DNA of 64,000 nt from Mobula hypostoma. Taxonomy: Eukaryota. Made by a program: the position numbers and the translations under genes. Below, in pieces: positions 1-11,086 of the stretch (positions within the stretch are counted from its first letter, which is position 1; every line of letters starts with the position of its first letter). The stretch spans positions 119,662,001 through 119,726,000 of the forward strand of contig NC_086097.1 of assembly GCF_963921235.1 (NCBI RefSeq), written 5' to 3'. A model generated the notes under the pieces. The model had not been told where the DNA came from and made no database searches. It saw nothing but the letters and a program-made list of their open reading frames with translations.

Positions 1-2352
1 AGAAAGGATTAATATGCGAGTAAAAACGCGCTAACTTATCTTTGGACATATGTGCTCTATGAACCACTTTAAATTGAATTAGGGAATGTTTAGCACAAAC
101 AGAGGAAGTATTAACTAATTGTAAAATCTGCCCCCAATCATCCACAGAAATGGTAAGCCCCAATTCCTGTTCCCAATCTACCCTAATCTTATCAAATGGA
201 GCTTTCCTAAGTTTCATAATAATATTATAAATCATAGCCGATGCACCTTTCTGACATGGATTGAGGTTAATTATCGAATCTAAAATATATGTAGGAGGAA
301 GCATTGGAAAGGAAGAAAGTATAGTACTTAGGAAATTTCTAACTTGTAAATATCTAAAAAAATGTATTCTTGATAAGTTATATTTATTAGATAATTGTTC
401 AAAAGACATAAGGGAACCATCTAAAAATAAATCCAAAAACCGTAAAATACCCTTAGTCTTCCAAGTTTGAAAAGCGCGATCCGTAAAAGAGGGAGGAAAA
501 AATATGTTACCTAAAATAGGAATCGCTAACCCGAATTGATTAAGATCAAAAAATTTTCTGAATTGAAACCAAATACGCAAAGCATATTTAACAATCGGGT
601 TAGAGACCTGCTTAAGGCGTTTCGAATCAAAAGGAAGAGATGAACCTAAAATAGAACCAAGTGTATAACCCTGAACAGATTGTAATTCCAATGCTACCCA
701 TTTAGGAATAGATAGTATGTCCCGGTCAAGTAACCAAAATTTCATATGTCGAATATTAATAGCCCAATAATAGAATCTAAAGTTAGGTAATGCTAAACCT
801 CCATCTCTCTTAGCTTTCTGTAAATGTATTTTACCCAGTCTCGGATTCTTATTCTGCCAAATAAATGAAGAAATTTTAGAGTCAACTTTATCAAAAAAAG
901 ATTTAGGAACAAAAATTGGTAATGCCTGAAACACATATAAAAATTTTGGCAAAAAAAACATCTTAACTGCATTAATACGACCAATCAAAGTTAAATATAA
1001 GGGAAACCATTTAGATGAAAGTTGAGTAATATGGTCTATTAATGGTAAAAAGTTAGTCTTAAATAAATCTTTATGTTTACAAGTAATTTTAATCCCAAGA
1101 TATGAAAGATAATTATTAATCAATTTAAATGGAAATTTATAATATAAGGGAAGATGTTTATTAATCGGAAAAAGTTCACTCTTACTAAGATTTAATTTAT
1201 AACCTGAGAAAAGACCAAATTGTGCTAATAACTCTAAAACAGCAGGAATAGATCTCTCAGGATTAGAAATATATAAAAGTAAATCGTCAGCATAGAGTGA
1301 TAATTTATGGGACTTTAATCCCCGAGTTATCCCAGTAATATTTGAAGATTCTCGAATAGCAATTGCAAGAGGTTCTAATGCAATATCAAATAATAGGGGA
1401 CTAAGAGGACAGCCTTGTCGAGTACCACGAAAGAGAGGAAAAAAAGGTGAGTTTAAAGAGTTAGTACGAACCGAGGCTACAGGGGAGTGATATAACAGTT
1501 TAATCCAGGATATAAATTTCAAGCTAAAATTAAACATTTCAAGCACCTTAAATAAATAAGGCCATTCTACTCTATCAAAAGCTTTCTCGGCATCTAAAGA
1601 AATAACACACTCAGGAACATTTTGTGAGGGAGTATAAACGATATTTAACAATGTACGAATATTATAAAAAGAGTAACGACCTTTAATAAAACCCGTTTGG
1701 TCTTCCGAAATAATAGAAGGAAGTACTTTTTCTAGTCTATTTGCTAATAACTTAGAAAAAACTTTAGAATCAACATTTAATAAAGATATTGGTCTATAAG
1801 ATGCACATTGAGCAGGGTCTTTATCCTTCTTTAGTATTAAAGAAATTGATGCTCTATTAAAAGATTCCGGAAGTTTACCAAGTTTCAAAGAAGCCTCAAA
1901 AACTTTATAGAGCCAAGGAATCAATAAAGAGGCAAAACATTTATAAAATTCAACGGTAAACCCATCAGGGCCAGGAGCTTTCCCCAGATTCATAGAAAAA
2001 ATAACATTCTTAATCTCATCCATTGTAATAGAAGTATCTAATAAAGAAGACATATCCTATGAAATCTGAGGGAAGTCTAACTTATCTAAAAAATCATTCA
2101 TATATTTAGAATCTCGAGGAGACTCTGATTGATATAAAGAAGAATAAAAATCACAAAAGGTTTGATTAATCCCCACATGATCCAATATCAATCGATCATT
2201 TTGGTTATAAATCTGATTAATTTGAGATTTAACATAATTAGATTTCAATTGATTAGCCAGCAGCTTCCCAATTTTATCACTGTGAACATAAAAATCACTT
2301 CTTGTTTTCTTTAATTGGTTTACAATCGAGGACGAGAGTAGTAAACTGTGTT
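1..2352 (-). mobile_element. L1-clade LINE, 5'-truncated, continues off the left window edge
   Basis: Minus-strand translation gives GKAPGPDGFTVEFYK (~1985-1940), RGTRQGCPLSPLLFDIALEPLAIAIRE (~1430-1350), HKLSLYADDL (~1310-1280) and LTLIGRINAVKM, all characteristic of L1 ORF2. Confidence 0.93.
2..2053 (-). CDS. L1 ORF2 reverse transcriptase, partial (open frame running off the window edge)
   Basis: The ATG at 2053, GKAPG, YADD and KMFFLPK motifs share one frame. Absence from the ORF track is consistent with no stop before base 1. An in-frame TAG at 2057-2059 separates it from upstream ORF 2057..2248. Confidence 0.75.
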   Translation of the reverse strand, partial: MSSLLDTSITMDEIKNVIFSMNLGKAPGPDGFTVEFYKCFASLLIPWLYKVFEASLKLGKLPESFNRASISLILKKDKDPAQCASYRPISLLNVDSKVFSKLLANRLEKVLPSIISEDQTGFIKGRYSFYNIRTLLNIVYTPSQNVPECVISLDAEKAFDRVEWPYLFKVLEMFNFSLKFISWIKLLYHSPVASVRTNSLNSPFFPLFRGTRQGCPLSPLLFDIALEPLAIAIRESSNITGITRGLKSHKLSLYADDLLLYISNPERSIPAVLELLAQFGLFSGYKLNLSKSELFPINKHLPLYYKFPFKLINNYLSYLGIKITCKHKDLFKTNFLPLIDHITQLSSKWFPLYLTLIGRINAVKMFFLPKFLYVFQALPIFVPKSFFDKVDSKISSFIWQNKNPRLGKIHLQKAKRDGGLALPNFRFYYWAINIRHMKFWLLDRDILSIPKWVALELQSVQGYTLGSILGSSLPFDSKRLKQVSNPIVKYALRIWFQFRKFFDLNQFGLAIPILGNIFFPPSFTDRAFQTWKTKGILRFLDLFLDGSLMSFEQLSNKYNLSRIHFFRYLQVRNFLSTILSSFPMLPPTYILDSIINLNPCQKGASAMIYNIIMKLRKAPFDKIRVDWEQELGLTISVDDWGQILQLVNTSSVCAKHSLIQFKVVHRAHMSKDKLARFYSHINPF

Positions 2353-2487
2353 CCTGTTTATTTCTCTAATACATTTTCAGAGCCACTATTCCTCACACTG
2401 GATATTTGACTCGGCACCTATATGTGACTCACCCTGCACCCAGAATGGATGTCTGCACCAATCACATGTAGGATGATGTCAGTCACT

Positions 2488-2795
2488 TGGTGGCGTGGTA
2501 GTGTACTGGTTAGTACAATCATGTTACGTAGCCAACAATCACAGATCAGAGTTTGAATCTCAACACTGTAGGGAGTTTCTATGTTCTCTCCATGACTATA
2601 TGAAATGCCTCTGGGTCCTCCTGTTTCCTCCCACAGATGTAGAGTTATAGTTAGGGTTAGTGAATTGTGGGCATGCTGTGGCAAAACTTGTGGGCTGCCC
2701 CCAGCACAATCCTCGCTGATTTGATTAGATGCAAATTACACATTTCACTGTCTGTTCCAATGTACTAATGACAAATAAAGTTAAAGCTAATCTTT
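2488..2795 (+). mobile_element. tRNA-derived SINE (decayed)
   Basis: A-box-like TGGTAGTGTACTGGTTAG, B-box-like GAGTTTGAATCTC, core GTTCTCTCCATGACT...CCTGTTTCCTCCCACA and tail GACAAATAAAG. Homologous to 28468-28790 and to the minus-strand copies. Confidence 0.75.
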
Positions 2796-2803
2796 TAACA
2801 CTT

Positions 2804-3365
2804 CAGAATCAGAATCAGGTTTAATATCACTGGCATATGTTGTGAAATTTGTTAACTTTGCGGCAGTGGTACAATGAAACGCATGATAAAAAAAATAGGG
2901 AGCAAAAAATACTGAATTACATATATTGCTGAAGTGTGAATATATATATGTACACACACACACATACATATATGTTATATGCATGTGTCTATTAAATAGT
3001 TAAGTTAAAAATAATTAGTGCAAAAAATCAAATAAAAGATAGTGAGGTAGTGTTCATGGGTTCAATGTCCTTCTAGAAATTGTTTGGCGGAGTGGAACAA
3101 GTAGTTCTCAATCGCTGAGTGTGTACCTTCAAGGCTTCTGTACCTTCTTCCTGACAGTAACAATGAGAAGAGGGCATGTTCTGGGAGATGAGGGTCCTTC
3201 ACGATGGACGCTGCCTTCCTATGGCATTGTGAGTAGAAGATGTCTCGGATACTACGGAGGCTGGTACCCATGATGCAGCTGACTAATTTTACTAGTTTCT
3301 GCAACTTACTTCGATCTTGTGCAGTAGCCACCCCCACCCCAAACCAGACAGTGATTAGGAATGCA
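2804..3365 (-). mobile_element. Rex1/Babar LINE 3' end
   Basis: ORF 3062..3382 contains RKAASIVKDPHLPEHALFSLLLSGRRYRSL. A (TCTGAT)n tail lies at 2804-2817. Confidence 0.8.
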
Positions 3366-3658
3366 CTCCACCGGATTTTCATAGTTCATTGCTCTTTCCT
3401 GCATTTCCTTGGTCTGATTGATAAACAACAGCTGAAGTATTAATGACCCTTACTGCTTTAGGTGACACATAAGATTTATGCTTTAGGTATTTGGTTTGGT
3501 TGCCATTGCCATGGAGCTCATTTCTTTCGGATACATATTACGGTTTCTTACACTGTGGCAATGTGAGCACTACCAGAGACGGGCATTTATCTGTTCGATA
3601 TATAGGATTTTTGTGAGCCATCGAAACTATATCCCACATGTGGAACTCATACACTTGC

Positions 3659-3789
3659 TTGTAGGGTTGTTTGCTGAGCCTGGGGGTTAGGTTGAAAACA
3701 TTTCATCACCAGTTAACATGTTGATGCCACCTTGACTGGTGATGAAACATTTGCGACCTAACCTCCATGCTCGGTGAACAAACCTATAA
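3659..3789. repeat. Inverted repeat with ~57-bp arms, possibly Penelope pLTR-derived
   Basis: TTTCATCACCAGT (3701-3713) pairs perfectly with ACTGGTGATGAAA (3735-3747). Imperfect pairing extends out to 3659/3789. Confidence 0.75.
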
Positions 3790-3834
3790 ACAATCAGACC
3801 GCCCAAGCAACCAATCATCTTTCATTTTAGATCC

Positions 3835-4155
3835 ATTAGCTTTATTCGTCAGATGTACATTGAAACATACATTCAATGAAATGCGTCATTTATGTTCATA
3901 ACGAAGACAGCCCAGGGAAGTGCGGAAGGCAGCTCATTAGTGTTGTCATGCTTCTGGTACCAACATAGCATGCCCACGACTTACTAACCTGAACCTGTAT
4001 ATCTTTTTGGAATGTGGGAGGAAACTGGAGCATTCCGAGGAAACCCACCCAGTCACGGGAGACAGTACAAACTCATTAAAGACAGCAGCAGGAATTGAAT
4101 CTCTATTGCAAAGACTGTAAAGCATTGTGCTAACCACTACCCTCATGCTGCGTGT
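3835..4155 (-). mobile_element. tRNA-derived SINE (decayed)
   Basis: Reverse complement of the SINE family at 2488: TGTGGGAGGAAACTGGAG, GGAATTGAATC, TGCTAACCACTAC. Confidence 0.75.
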
Positions 4156-5309
4156 TAACATAATAGATATAGTATATTTACTAAGTTTCAGTCAATAGTC
4201 CCATTATGGAGAGTTCCTTGAGAACCTCATCTACCATTGTCTTGATTTCTCCATGAACAATGAAGATGTGGGAAACTTGATGATAAGAAGAACAAATGAA
4301 TGTGAGAAATTTGTACTTATGAAAACTCTTTCACAACTTCAGGAGACCAACTTCACAGTCAATTAAGTATTATCTGAGTATAGTCTCTACTGCAGTGCAG
4401 CGATATGCAGCAGCCAATTTGCATGTGGCCAGGTCCCAGCAGAGCGACCAGTTAGTGAATCATGACATGATGCAGCACAAAGGGAGGCCAATAAATCTTA
4501 TGCAGCTTTATTAGCTCTTGCAAAGGGTTTAATCTGTTTTACTTCCCAATCTTTTCACTATGTGTCTACAATCTTCATCTGGGAAAACAATGGAATGAGC
4601 ACACCTATTCTCAGACCACCTACCCACCCTCCTCTAAGTACATCCAACCCAACCGGTAGCAGTGTCTCTGGGTCCCCCATTCAGAATTCACACAGCTAGA
4701 GTGAAAGCTTATTATCCTCAATTCGAAGGGACTGCCTTTGGAGAAGACAATATTCAAGTGTGAATTCTAGAAGTGGTTAGGTAAGTATAAAGCCCCTCCT
4801 CTTGCCTCAGGACTGAATTGGCTTTGTGGCTGCAGACTCACTTTTGGGGACTCTGCAGTTAATATTCTGTGCATTCTTTATTCAATTCTTTTATTGTTTG
4901 CATAATTTCTTTTTTTCACACGTTGGGTGTTTGATAGTCTTTGTTGTGTGGTTGTTTTCAAACCGATTCTATTTCATTTATTTGTTTTGTGGCTGCCTGC
5001 AAGAAGATGAAACTCAAGGTTGTATAGTGTATACATACATTGATAATAAATGTACTTTGAACTTTTGCTAATCACTTGAACAGTGCTTCATCTGATCCTA
5101 ACCTTTCTGCCAGTGGATACTCATTTAAATAGTGCCATTGCCTTCTCTTTATTGACTTTGGCTGACTGAAGAAGCAATGTGGATGGACTTACCTCCTTAA
5201 CTCCTCTCTATACCATGTGAACTACTGGATCCATTCTATGAATCTGCTGCACCATTTATGTGTCATAAGAAAGATTTGATGGGAACGTGGGAATGTGGGG
5301 AAGATCTCC

Positions 5310-5465
5310 AGGGGAAAGGTAGCTGGCTGGTTGAGTGGTGTCACAGCAACAAGCTTGCACTCAACGTCAGTAAGACCAAGGAATTGATTGTAGGCTTCAG
5401 GAAGAGGAACATGAGGGAGCACATACAAGTTCTCATAGAGGAGTCAGAAGTGGAAAGGGTGAGCA
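5310..5465 (+). mobile_element. Rex1/Babar RT fragment
   Basis: LVEWCHSNKLALNVSKTKELIVGFRKR in ORF 5258..5692. Confidence 0.7.
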
Positions 5466-5795
5466 GGCTGGATAGGAACGAGTTTGTCGAACGTATTCAG
5501 GAACCGTTCGTTAATCAGTATATAGAAGTCCTAACTAGAGAGAATGTGATACTAGATCTCCTATTAGGGAATGAGACAGGGCAGGTGACTGAAGTTTGCA
5601 TAGGGAACATGTTGCATCTCGTGATCATAATGCCATTAGTTTCAAGGTGGTTATGGAAAAGGACAGGTCTGGTCCTTGGATTGAGGTTCTAAATTGGAAA
5701 AAAGTCATATTTGATTGTATCAGTAAGGATCTGGCAAGTGTGGATTGGGACAGATTGTTTTCTCAATTGTTTCCCTGCAAAGGTGTACTAAGTAA
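5466..5795 (+). mobile_element. CR1 LINE endonuclease-end fragment
   Basis: EFVERIQEPFVNQY...ILDLLLGNETGQV and EHVASRDHNAISFKVVMEKD. Confidence 0.75.
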
Positions 5796-5799
5796 GTAC

Positions 5800-6846
5800 T
5801 TACAGGTTTACAAAATTATGAGGGGTATAGACAGAGTAGATGCCAGTAGGCTCTTTCCACTTAGATTAGGAGAGATAAATGGGGAGAAGTGGAAGGAGAA
5901 GATGGCTGTGCGACACAGCTCACAGCGGCCACTCCGGTGGTGATATCTGTTATCTGTCAAGTAGGGTGCTGTGCACAATCCTGATTTGATGGAGACAGAT
6001 GTGAGATCAAGGAGGAACAGCTGGTGAAACTTCTGAAATGCCTGTTTCACTGCTGCTGCTTCTGTGTGATCCAGAATCTCCGGAGGGGAATGCCCCGAGT
6101 CCTCGGCTTTGCTTGTTGGTCGGTGGCTGGGGCGGGGTCGAAGCGCTCGGCAGAGATGGTGCTCGGTGCTCAGTGTCGGAGGGCTGGTCAGAGGCTCAAA
6201 GTTTTCGGACAGTCTCTGAGCCGGCTGCGGTCGGGTGCTTCCAATGCATTGGCAAGTTTGCGGTGCTTTGGAGGTTCATGGCAGGGACAGTTTCTCCCTT
6301 CTACCGTCTGCGTGATATGATGGGGCTATCGGGACTTGAGACTTTATTTTACCAGGCCCATGGTCTGCTCTTTATCAAATTACAGTATTGCTTTGCACTG
6401 TTGTAACTTTATGTTATAATTATGTGGTTTTTGTCAGTTTAGTCTTGGTTTGTCCTGTGTTTCTGTGATATCTTTCTGGAGGAACAATGTATCATTTTTA
6501 ATGCATGCATTTCTAAATGACAATAAACGAGGACTGAGTGTCCTCATAATCTAATCTAATAAATACGAGAGCACATGGCTTTAGGGTGAAAGGGGAAAGG
6601 TTTAGAGGGAACTTCTTCACTCAGAGAGTGGTGGGAGTGTGGAATGAGCTGCCATCTGACGTGGTAAATGCGGGCTCACTCTTAAGCTTTAAGAATAAAT
6701 TGGAAAGATCCATGGATGGGAGAGGTCTGGAGGGTTATGGACTGGGTGCAGGTCAATGGGACTAGCGGAATAAAGTTTCGGCACAGACTAGAAGGGCCGA
6801 ATGGCCTGTTTTCTGTGCTGTAGTGTTCTATGGTTCTATGGTTCTA
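5800..6846 (+). mobile_element. CR1 LINE 3' end, interrupted by the 5881-6558 insertion
   Basis: VYKIMRGIDRVDASRLFP resumes after 6559 as HGFRVKGERFRG...FFTQRVVGVWNELP. A (TTCTATGG)n tail lies at ~6826-6846. Confidence 0.85.
5881..6558 (+). mobile_element. Unclassified non-autonomous retroposon (678 bp)
   Basis: Splits a CR1 coding region, with TSD ATAAAT (5875-5880 / 6559-6564). Ends AATAAA...CATAATCTAATCTA. A second copy lies at 29530-29985 (-). Confidence 0.85.
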
Positions 6847-8920
6847 AGTGAGAGACATTCAGAAGTGAAATATTGAGAGTACAGAGTCTATGTTCCTGTC
6901 CATGAAGGCAAGAATACGAGGTTTAGGGAACCTTGGTTTTTAACAGGTATTGAGGCCCTGGTTAAGAAAAAGAAGGAACATGGCCGGTAAAGATACCTGT
7001 ATTTGCTCAGGAGATGGACACAGAATCCATAGAAGTGAGGCAATGCACATCTGACATGGACTCCATACAGATGACAGAAGAGGAGTTGCTTGCTGTATTA
7101 GGGTGGCTAAATCCCCAGGGCCTGACAGTGTTTTGCTGGGTCCCTGTGGGAGGAGCCCTAGCAAAGATATTTGAAACATCCTTAGCCACAGGTGAGGTGC
7201 TGAAAATTGGAGGATAGCAAGTACTGCTCTATTTCAGTAAGGCTCTAAGAATAAGTCAGGAAATTAAAGACTGGTGAGCCTGATGTCAGTAGCGAAAAAG
7301 TTATTGGAAGGTATACTGAAGGACTGGATATACGTGCTGTATATTTGGATAGACATGGACTGACTAGGGATAGTCAGCATTACTTTATGCTTGGTAATTC
7401 ATGTTTAACTGATCTTAAAGAGTTGCTTGAGGAAGTTACCAGGAAAGTTGATGAAGGCATGGATGTTGTCAACATGGACTTCAGCAAGGTCTGTTTCAAG
7501 ATCCCCCATGGGAGGTTGTTTAAGAAGTTTCAGTCGTTTTGCATTCAAGATGAGGTAGAAAATTGGATTAGACATTGGCTTCACAGAGGAAACCAGAGAG
7601 TAGATGTAGATGGTTGCTTTCCTGCCAGGAGGTCTGCCACTAGTGGTGTGCTGCAGGAATCAGTGTTGGGCCCCTTGTTCTTTGCCATCTATATCAACAG
7701 TCTGGATGATAATACAGTAAACTGGATCAACGAATTTGTGGATGACACCAAGATTGGAGGTGCAGTGGACAGTGAGTAAGACTATCAGAGCTTTCAGTAG
7801 GATCTGAAACAGCTAGTGAAATGGTTGAAAAAATGGCAGATGGAATTTCATACTGACAATGTAACTTGCAGGTTGAGTCGATGGTGAAGAAGGCAAATGT
7901 AATGTTGGCATTCATTTCAAGAGATCTTGAATACAGGAGCAGGAATGTAATGCTGAGGCTTTATAAAGCACTGATGAGGCCTCACCTTGGGTATTGTGGA
8001 GAGTTTTGGGACTCTCATCTAAGAAAAGACGTGCTGGCTTTGGAGAGGATCCAAGGGCAGTTCACAAGGATGATTCTGGGAATATCATATGAGGAATGTT
8101 TGATTGCTCTGGGTCTGCACTCACTGGAATTTAGAAGGATGAGGGGGGATCTCCTTGAAACCTTTCGAATATTGAAAGGCTGAGACAAAGTAGATGTGGA
8201 AAGGATATTACCCATGGTGGGGGAGTCTAGGACAAGAGGGCACAGCCTCAGGATAGAGGGGCATCTATTTAAAACAGAGATGCGGAGAGATTTATTTAGC
8301 TAGAGCATGGTGAATTTGTAAAATTTGTTACCACAGGCAGCTGTGGAGGCCAGGTCTTTGGGTGTATTTAAGGTGGAGATTGATAGGTTCTTAATTGGAC
8401 ATGGCATCAAAGGTTATGGGAGAAGGCTGGGAAATGGGGTTGAGGAGGGGCAAAAAGGATCAGCCATGATTGAATGGTGGAGTAGACTCGATGAGCCAGA
8501 TGGCCTAATTCTGCTCCTATGTCTTATGGTCCTATGTTGCACTTTGGGAGGTCCAACCAGGGTAGTCCTAACCATAGTGAAAAGTAGGGCACTGAGGTGT
8601 GAGATAGAATAGAAGAATCTGGGAATACAGATCCATTGAAAGTGGCATCACAGGTAAGGGTCGTAAAGAAAGCTTGATAAATCAATGTATTGAGGACAGG
8701 AGTTGGGTTATTACGTTGAAATTGTATAAGACATTGTTGAGGCCTAATTTGGAGTATCATGTGCGGTTTAGTTCACCTGCCTACAGGAAAGATGCAAATA
8801 AGATTTAAAGAGTGCAGAGAAAATTTACAAAGAAGTTGCTGGGACCTGAATTATAGGGAAAAGTTAAATACATTTGGATTTGTTCCAAGACTGTACAAGA
8901 TTAAGGGGAGATTTGACACC
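6847..8920 (+). mobile_element. Decayed CR1 LINE ORF2 with a nested CR1 3' end
   Basis: ORF 7345..7779 carries MDFSKV...IPHGRL...GVLQESVLGPLFFAIYIN...FVDDTKIGG. The element resumes after 8532. Confidence 0.8.
7862..8532 (+). mobile_element. CR1 LINE 3' end (nested)
   Basis: VKKANVMLAFISR...LYKALMRPHLGYC...LEFRRMRGDL, with tail CTCCTATGTCTTATGGTC. Confidence 0.85.
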
Positions 8921-8959
8921 ATGCAAACAGTTTGACTGGTTGACATTGTCTGGTATAGA

Positions 8960-9323
8960 GAGGCCACTGCACAGAATCAGAAAAAGATTCAAAGTTCGTA
9001 AGCTCAATCAGCCTCGTTATCATCCAGGACATTTTCAATAGGGTTTGACTCAAGAGGCAGCATCCACCATTAAGGACTTTCACCATCCAGTACATGCTCT
9101 CTTCTCATTGTTACCATCAGGGAAGAGGTACATGAACCTAAAGGCACAAACTCAACATTTTATGAACAGCCAACAGATTTCTGAGTGAACCATGAACCCA
9201 TGAATGCAACCCTGTCTTTTGTTCTTTTTTGCACTAATTATTTTTATATATTTCTTATTGTAACTTATAGTAATGTTTTTTATGTATTGCACTGTGATTG
9301 CTGCTGCAAAACAACAAATTTCA
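8960..9323 (+). mobile_element. Rex1/Babar 3' end (tail resumes at 12209-12252)
   Basis: AASTIKDFHHPVHALFSLLPSGKRY. The 3' UTR GCTGCAAAACAACAAATTTCA resumes as AAATTTCATG...GATAATAAACCTCATTCTGATT. Confidence 0.75.
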
Positions 9324-9391
9324 CCCCAGCAACATACATCAAAGTTGCTGGTGAATGCAGCAGGCCAAGCAGCATCTATAGGAAGAGGCGC

Positions 9392-9427
9392 AGTCGACGT
9401 TTCAGGCCGAGACCCTTCGTCAGGACT
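9392..9427 (-). ncRNA. Minimal type I hammerhead ribozyme
   Basis: Reverse complement reads AGUC-CUGACGA-A-GGGU-CUCG-GCCU-GAAA-CG-UC-GACU. Confidence 0.85.
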
Positions 9428-9724
9428 AACTGAAGGAAGAGTGAGTAAGGGATTTGAAAGCTGGAGGGGGAGGGGGAGATGCAAAATGATAGGAGAAGAC
9501 AGGAGGGGGAGGGATAGAGCCGAGAGCTGGACAGGTGATAGGCAAAAGGGGATACGAGAGGATCATGGGACAGGAGGTCCGGGAAGAAAGACGGGGGGTG
9601 GGGGGTGATCCAGAGGATGGGCAAGAGGTATATTCAGAGGGACAGAGGGAGAAAAAGGAGAGTGAGAGAAAGAATGTGTGCATAAAAATGAGTAACAGAT
9701 GGGGTACGAGGGGGAGGTGGGGCC

Positions 9725-11086
9725 TTAGCGGAAGTTAGAGAAGTCGATGTTCATGCCATCAGGTTGGAGGCTACCCAGACGGAATATAAGGTGTTGTTCC
9801 TCCAACCTGAGTGTGGCTTCATCTTTACAGTAGAGGAGGCCGTGGATAGACATGTCAGAATGGGAATGGGATGTGGAATTAAAATGTGTGGCCACTGGGA
9901 GATCCTGCTTTCTCTGGTGGACAGAGCGTAGATGTTCAGCAAAGCGGTCTCCCAGTCTGCGTCGGGTCTCACCAATATATAAAAGGCCACATCGGGAGCA
10001 CCGGACGCAGTATATCACCCCAGTCGACTCACAGGTGAAGTGATGCCTCACGTGGAAGGACTGTTTGGGGCCCTGAATGGTGGTAAGGGAGGAAGTGTAA
10101 GGGCATGTGTAGCACTTGTTCCGCTTACACAGATAAGTGCCAGGAGGGAGATCAGTGGGGAGGGATGGGGGGGACGAATGGACAAGGGAGTTGTGTAGGG
10201 AGCGATCCCTGCGGAATGCAGAGAGAGCGGGGGAGGGAAAGATGTGCTTAGTGGTGGGATCCCGTTGGAGGTGGCGGAAGATACGGAGAATAATATGTTG
10301 GACCCGGAGGCTGGTGGGGTGGTAGGTGAGGACCAGGGGAATCCTATTTCTAGTGGGGTGGTGGGAGGATGGAGTGAGAGCAGATGTACATGAAACGGAG
10401 GAGATGCGTTTAAGAGCAGAGTTGATAGTGGAGGAAGGGAAGCCCCTTTCTTTAAAAAATGAAGACATCTCCCTCATCCTAGAATGAAAAGCCTCATCCT
10501 GAGAGCAGATGCGGCGGAGACGGAGGAATTGCGAGAAGGGGATGGTGTTTTTGCAAGAGACAGGGTGAGAAGAGGAATAGTCCAGATAGCTGTGAGAGTC
10601 AGTAGGCTTATAGTAGACATCAGTGGATAAGCTGTCTCCAGAGACAGAGACAGAAAGATCTAAAAAGGGGAGGGAGGTGTCAGAAATGGACCAGGTAAAC
10701 TTGAGGGCAGGGTGAAAGTTGGAGGCAAAGTTAATAAAGTCAACGAGTTCTGCATGCGTGCAGGAAGCAGTGCCAATGCAGTCGTCGATGTAGCGAAGGA
10801 AAAGTGGGGGACAGATACCAGAATAGGCACGGAACATAGATTGTTCCACAAACCCAACAAAAAGGCAGGCATAGCTAGGACCCATACGGGTGCCCATAGC
10901 TACACCTTCAGTTTGGAGGAAATGGGAGGAGCAAAAGGAGAAATTATTAAGAGTAAGGACTAATTCCGCTAGACGGAGCAGAGTGGTGGTAGAGGGGAAC
11001 TGATTAGGTCTGGAATCCAAAAAGAAGCGTAGAACTTTGAGACCTTCCTGATGGGGGATGGAAGTATATAAGGACTGGACATCCAT
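9725..11086 (-). CDS. Penelope-like RT plus GIY-YIG endonuclease (Neptune-type), N-terminally truncated, 453 aa uninterrupted
   Basis: RT motifs MDVQSLYTSIP, GVAMGTRMGPSYA, RYIDD, FLDL and YKPT, then the linker CKRNKCYTC, then GIY-YIG GVIYCVRC...LLYIGET...RFAEH...E...GMN. Confidence 0.93.
   Translation of the reverse strand: MDVQSLYTSIPHQEGLKVLRFFLDSRPNQFPSTTTLLRLAELVLTLNNFSFCSSHFLQTEGVAMGTRMGPSYACLFVGFVEQSMFRAYSGICPPLFLRYIDDCIGTASCTHAELVDFINFASNFHPALKFTWSISDTSLPFLDLSVSVSGDSLSTDVYYKPTDSHSYLDYSSSHPVSCKNTIPFSQFLRLRRICSQDEAFHSRMREMSSFFKERGFPSSTINSALKRISSVSCTSALTPSSHHPTRNRIPLVLTYHPTSLRVQHIILRIFRHLQRDPTTKHIFPSPALSAFRRDRSLHNSLVHSSPPSLPTDLPPGTYLCKRNKCYTCPYTSSLTTIQGPKQSFHVRHHFTCESTGVIYCVRCSRCGLLYIGETRRRLGDRFAEHLRSVHQRKQDLPVATHFNSTSHSHSDMSIHGLLYCKDEATLRLEEQHLIFRLGSLQPDGMNIDFSNFR

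Noticed and set aside
9725..11086. RT plus nuclease plus structured RNA as a retron, group II intron or DGR-like system
   Set aside because: The RT-GIY-YIG fusion, pLTR and TSDs identify a Penelope-like element.
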